DNA of 64,000 nucleotides from Alteromonadaceae bacterium UBA1282 (GTDB taxonomy: Bacteria; Pseudomonadota; Gammaproteobacteria; Enterobacterales; Alteromonadaceae), in contig DBUU01000114.1 in NCBI GenBank assembly GCA_002308075.1, positions 24,552 to 88,551 of the forward strand. Reading direction: 5' to 3'. A program made the position numbers and the translations under genes. Every line of letters starts with the position of its first letter. Position 1 is the first letter of the stretch. This document shows positions 62,083-64,000 of this stretch, piece by piece. The notes under the pieces were generated by a model. The model worked only from the letters and a program-made list of their open reading frames with translations, was not told the origin of the DNA and searched no databases.

Positions 62083-62585
62083 TTATTGAGTCCGAGCGGC
62101 TGAGGCTGCGACGGCTGAGTCGGGATGATGTGGATTTTATTCTGGCGGTAACTAACGACAAACAATGGCTGACGTTTATCGGCGATCGCGGTATTAACGA
62201 CGATGGTCAGGCCAGCCAGTATATATCCGTAGCCAGTGACAGCTTTGCTGCCAAAGGATATGGCTTATGGCTGGTTGAAGCCATTGATGCAGAGGGCGAT
62301 AAGCGAATTGGACTATGTGGCTTTATCCGCCGTCCGTTTCTGAGTTGCCCCGATCTTGGTTATGCCTTTTTACCCCGGGGGCGCGGCAAAGGCTATGCCT
62401 GTGAAGCGGTAAACCTGGTGCTAAGCTGGGCTTCCTCGCATACTAATGAGCGCCAGGTCAGCGCTATTTGCCGGCCGGATAACCTTGCTTCGCTGGCAGT
62501 GCTCCAGCGTGCAGGGTTTGAGCGCATGGGAAAGCTATTTCAGCCACAGCAACTGCCTCACGATTTCTTTTTGCGCCCTTTGTAG
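62079..62585 (+). CDS. GNAT (RimJ/RimL-like) acetyltransferase
   Basis: ESERLRLR, DLGYAFL..GRGKGYA, NLASLAVL. Confidence 0.88.
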   Translation: MIIESERLRLRRLSRDDVDFILAVTNDKQWLTFIGDRGINDDGQASQYISVASDSFAAKGYGLWLVEAIDAEGDKRIGLCGFIRRPFLSCPDLGYAFLPRGRGKGYACEAVNLVLSWASSHTNERQVSAICRPDNLASLAVLQRAGFERMGKLFQPQQLPHDFFLRPL

Positions 62586-62706
62586 TCTGCTTGCTGGCTT
62601 CGACTGAACAGGCCAATTCAGCTTTAATTTATGAGGTATGTGTTATACTTTAGCCGGTATTATTCTATGTCTTTTCAAATTCATTTAAGCAGGGAGCAGG
62701 GACGTC

Positions 62707-64000
62707 TTGGGCTTATTTGCATCTATCAAAAGCAAACTAACCTTTATTAGCCAGCGTTATGGCAGAACGCTAACGCTATTGGCGGTGGTGTTGTTTTTAA
62801 CGTTCGACTTTATTGCCCTCTCGCTCAATGTCTGGCTGTCTTATCGTATTGAAGCGGCCGCCATCAATATCAACCTTTCCGGCAGGCAGCGGATGCTGAG
62901 CCAGCGGCTGGTGAAAAACCTGCTGATGATGGAAAACGCCTATACTAACGAAGAAGCTTACAGTGCCGCGCTGGCAGAATTGCGCGAAACCTTTAAGCGT
63001 TTCGACCTTACTCTCGATAGCTTTCACCGCGGGGGGCGAACGTTTTCGGCCGATCACAATGTGATTGAAGTGGCCCCCCTAACCAGCGATGCCAGCACCC
63101 AGATAGTGCAACAGGCGTTATTGGAGTGGTCACCCCTCAGGCAAAAAATCAGGCAGTTGATTGGCCGTGAATACGACCATTTACTCCTGCAGCAGGCCAT
63201 CGATGTGGCGCAGCGAAAAAACCTCACCTTACTTGATTTAATGAACAAGCTGACTGTTGAACTTGAACACGAAACCCAGGCCGAAGCCATGTCGATTCGC
63301 TTTTATCAGGGACTGGCATTTTTCCTGGCCATTATTAACTTTACTCTGGCCATTGTGATGTATCGCCTGCGGGTGCTTAAGGCAAATCACTCGGTGGATT
63401 TGGTTGATAACATAATGAATCAGGTTGCAGCCGGTATTCTGGTGGCTGATGAAAGCGGCAAGATTATCAGGGCAAACAAGCTTGTGGAAAACATGAGCGG
63501 TTACCTTATGACTGAGCTGCAAGGGCGTAAAGTAGACTCGTTATTGTACGAGTATGAAGGTGAAATGTATGGGATACGCAAGGTTGGTGATCAGTATCAT
63601 TGCCAGGTGGAGGTCAGCGAAGTCCTGATCGGTAATCGTCCGGCAACTGTGTACACCATTATTGATGACAGCCAGCAAAAAGCCCAGCAGCAGGAACTCA
63701 CGTTGCTGGCTTATCACGATCAGTTAACGGATTTACCCAACCGCCACCTGTTTAACGACCGCTTGTCGGTAGAAATGAAGCATGCCCTGCGCCGCAATGA
63801 AAAAATCGCCTTATTGTTTATTGACCTCAACGGGTTTAAGGGCGTTAACGACCGCTATGGCCACAAGTTTGGTGATTTATTACTGGGGCGTGTTGCCGTC
63901 AGAATGAAGCAAACCGTGAGGGATTCCGATACCGTAGCTCGGCTCGGCGGCGATGAGTTTACGCTACTGCTCACCGACATACAGTCTTATGGTATGTGTA
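62707..64000 (+). CDS. Diguanylate cyclase with PilJ/NarX-like sensor and PAS-like region (runs off the window; not in ORF track)
   Basis: TTG 62707 after GGAG; TM, INLSGRQRMLSQR, HDQLTDLPNR, FIDLNGFK, GGDEF at 63946-63960 in the same frame. Confidence 0.88.
   Translation, partial: MGLFASIKSKLTFISQRYGRTLTLLAVVLFLTFDFIALSLNVWLSYRIEAAAININLSGRQRMLSQRLVKNLLMMENAYTNEEAYSAALAELRETFKRFDLTLDSFHRGGRTFSADHNVIEVAPLTSDASTQIVQQALLEWSPLRQKIRQLIGREYDHLLLQQAIDVAQRKNLTLLDLMNKLTVELEHETQAEAMSIRFYQGLAFFLAIINFTLAIVMYRLRVLKANHSVDLVDNIMNQVAAGILVADESGKIIRANKLVENMSGYLMTELQGRKVDSLLYEYEGEMYGIRKVGDQYHCQVEVSEVLIGNRPATVYTIIDDSQQKAQQQELTLLAYHDQLTDLPNRHLFNDRLSVEMKHALRRNEKIALLFIDLNGFKGVNDRYGHKFGDLLLGRVAVRMKQTVRDSDTVARLGGDEFTLLLTDIQSYGMC

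Noticed and set aside
1-64000. CRISPR array, tRNA, rRNA, intact IS
   Set aside because: No regularly spaced repeats, cloverleaf or rRNA signatures, or transposase motifs found by eye; tRNAscan/Infernal/CRISPR tools were not run

Overview
Chromosomal segment of a marine-type gammaproteobacterium, probably Alteromonadaceae (Alteromonas/Salinimonas-like). This is inferred from gene order (priA-ftsN-hslVU; prlC-tag-gph-ubiE-ubiJ-ubiB; fre-ubiD; motX; rnr-rlmB), not from a search. Most of the window is housekeeping, stress-response and c-di-GMP signalling genes. The main accessory feature is a ~3.8 kb AT-richer island (5038-8861) bounded by a 91/92-bp direct repeat that duplicates the 3' end of a small LuxR-family gene. 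Inside it, one three-part unit occurs twice: XerD-like tyrosine recombinase, then a toxin-antitoxin pair (PrlF-YhaV, then FicA/YhfG-like plus Fic), then an Rhs core remnant. The second antitoxin and the second Rhs remnant are absent from the ORF track. Other notable points: a C39-peptidase ABC exporter/MFP/LuxR operon with no visible substrate peptide; a class I HMG-CoA reductase with an extra N-terminal domain; and a signalling cluster whose BldC/Xis-like HTH-REC regulator sits beside a phased ~9-bp direct-repeat array. No rRNA, tRNA, CRISPR array or intact IS was recognised. All calls come from reading motifs by eye; no database search or computation was run.
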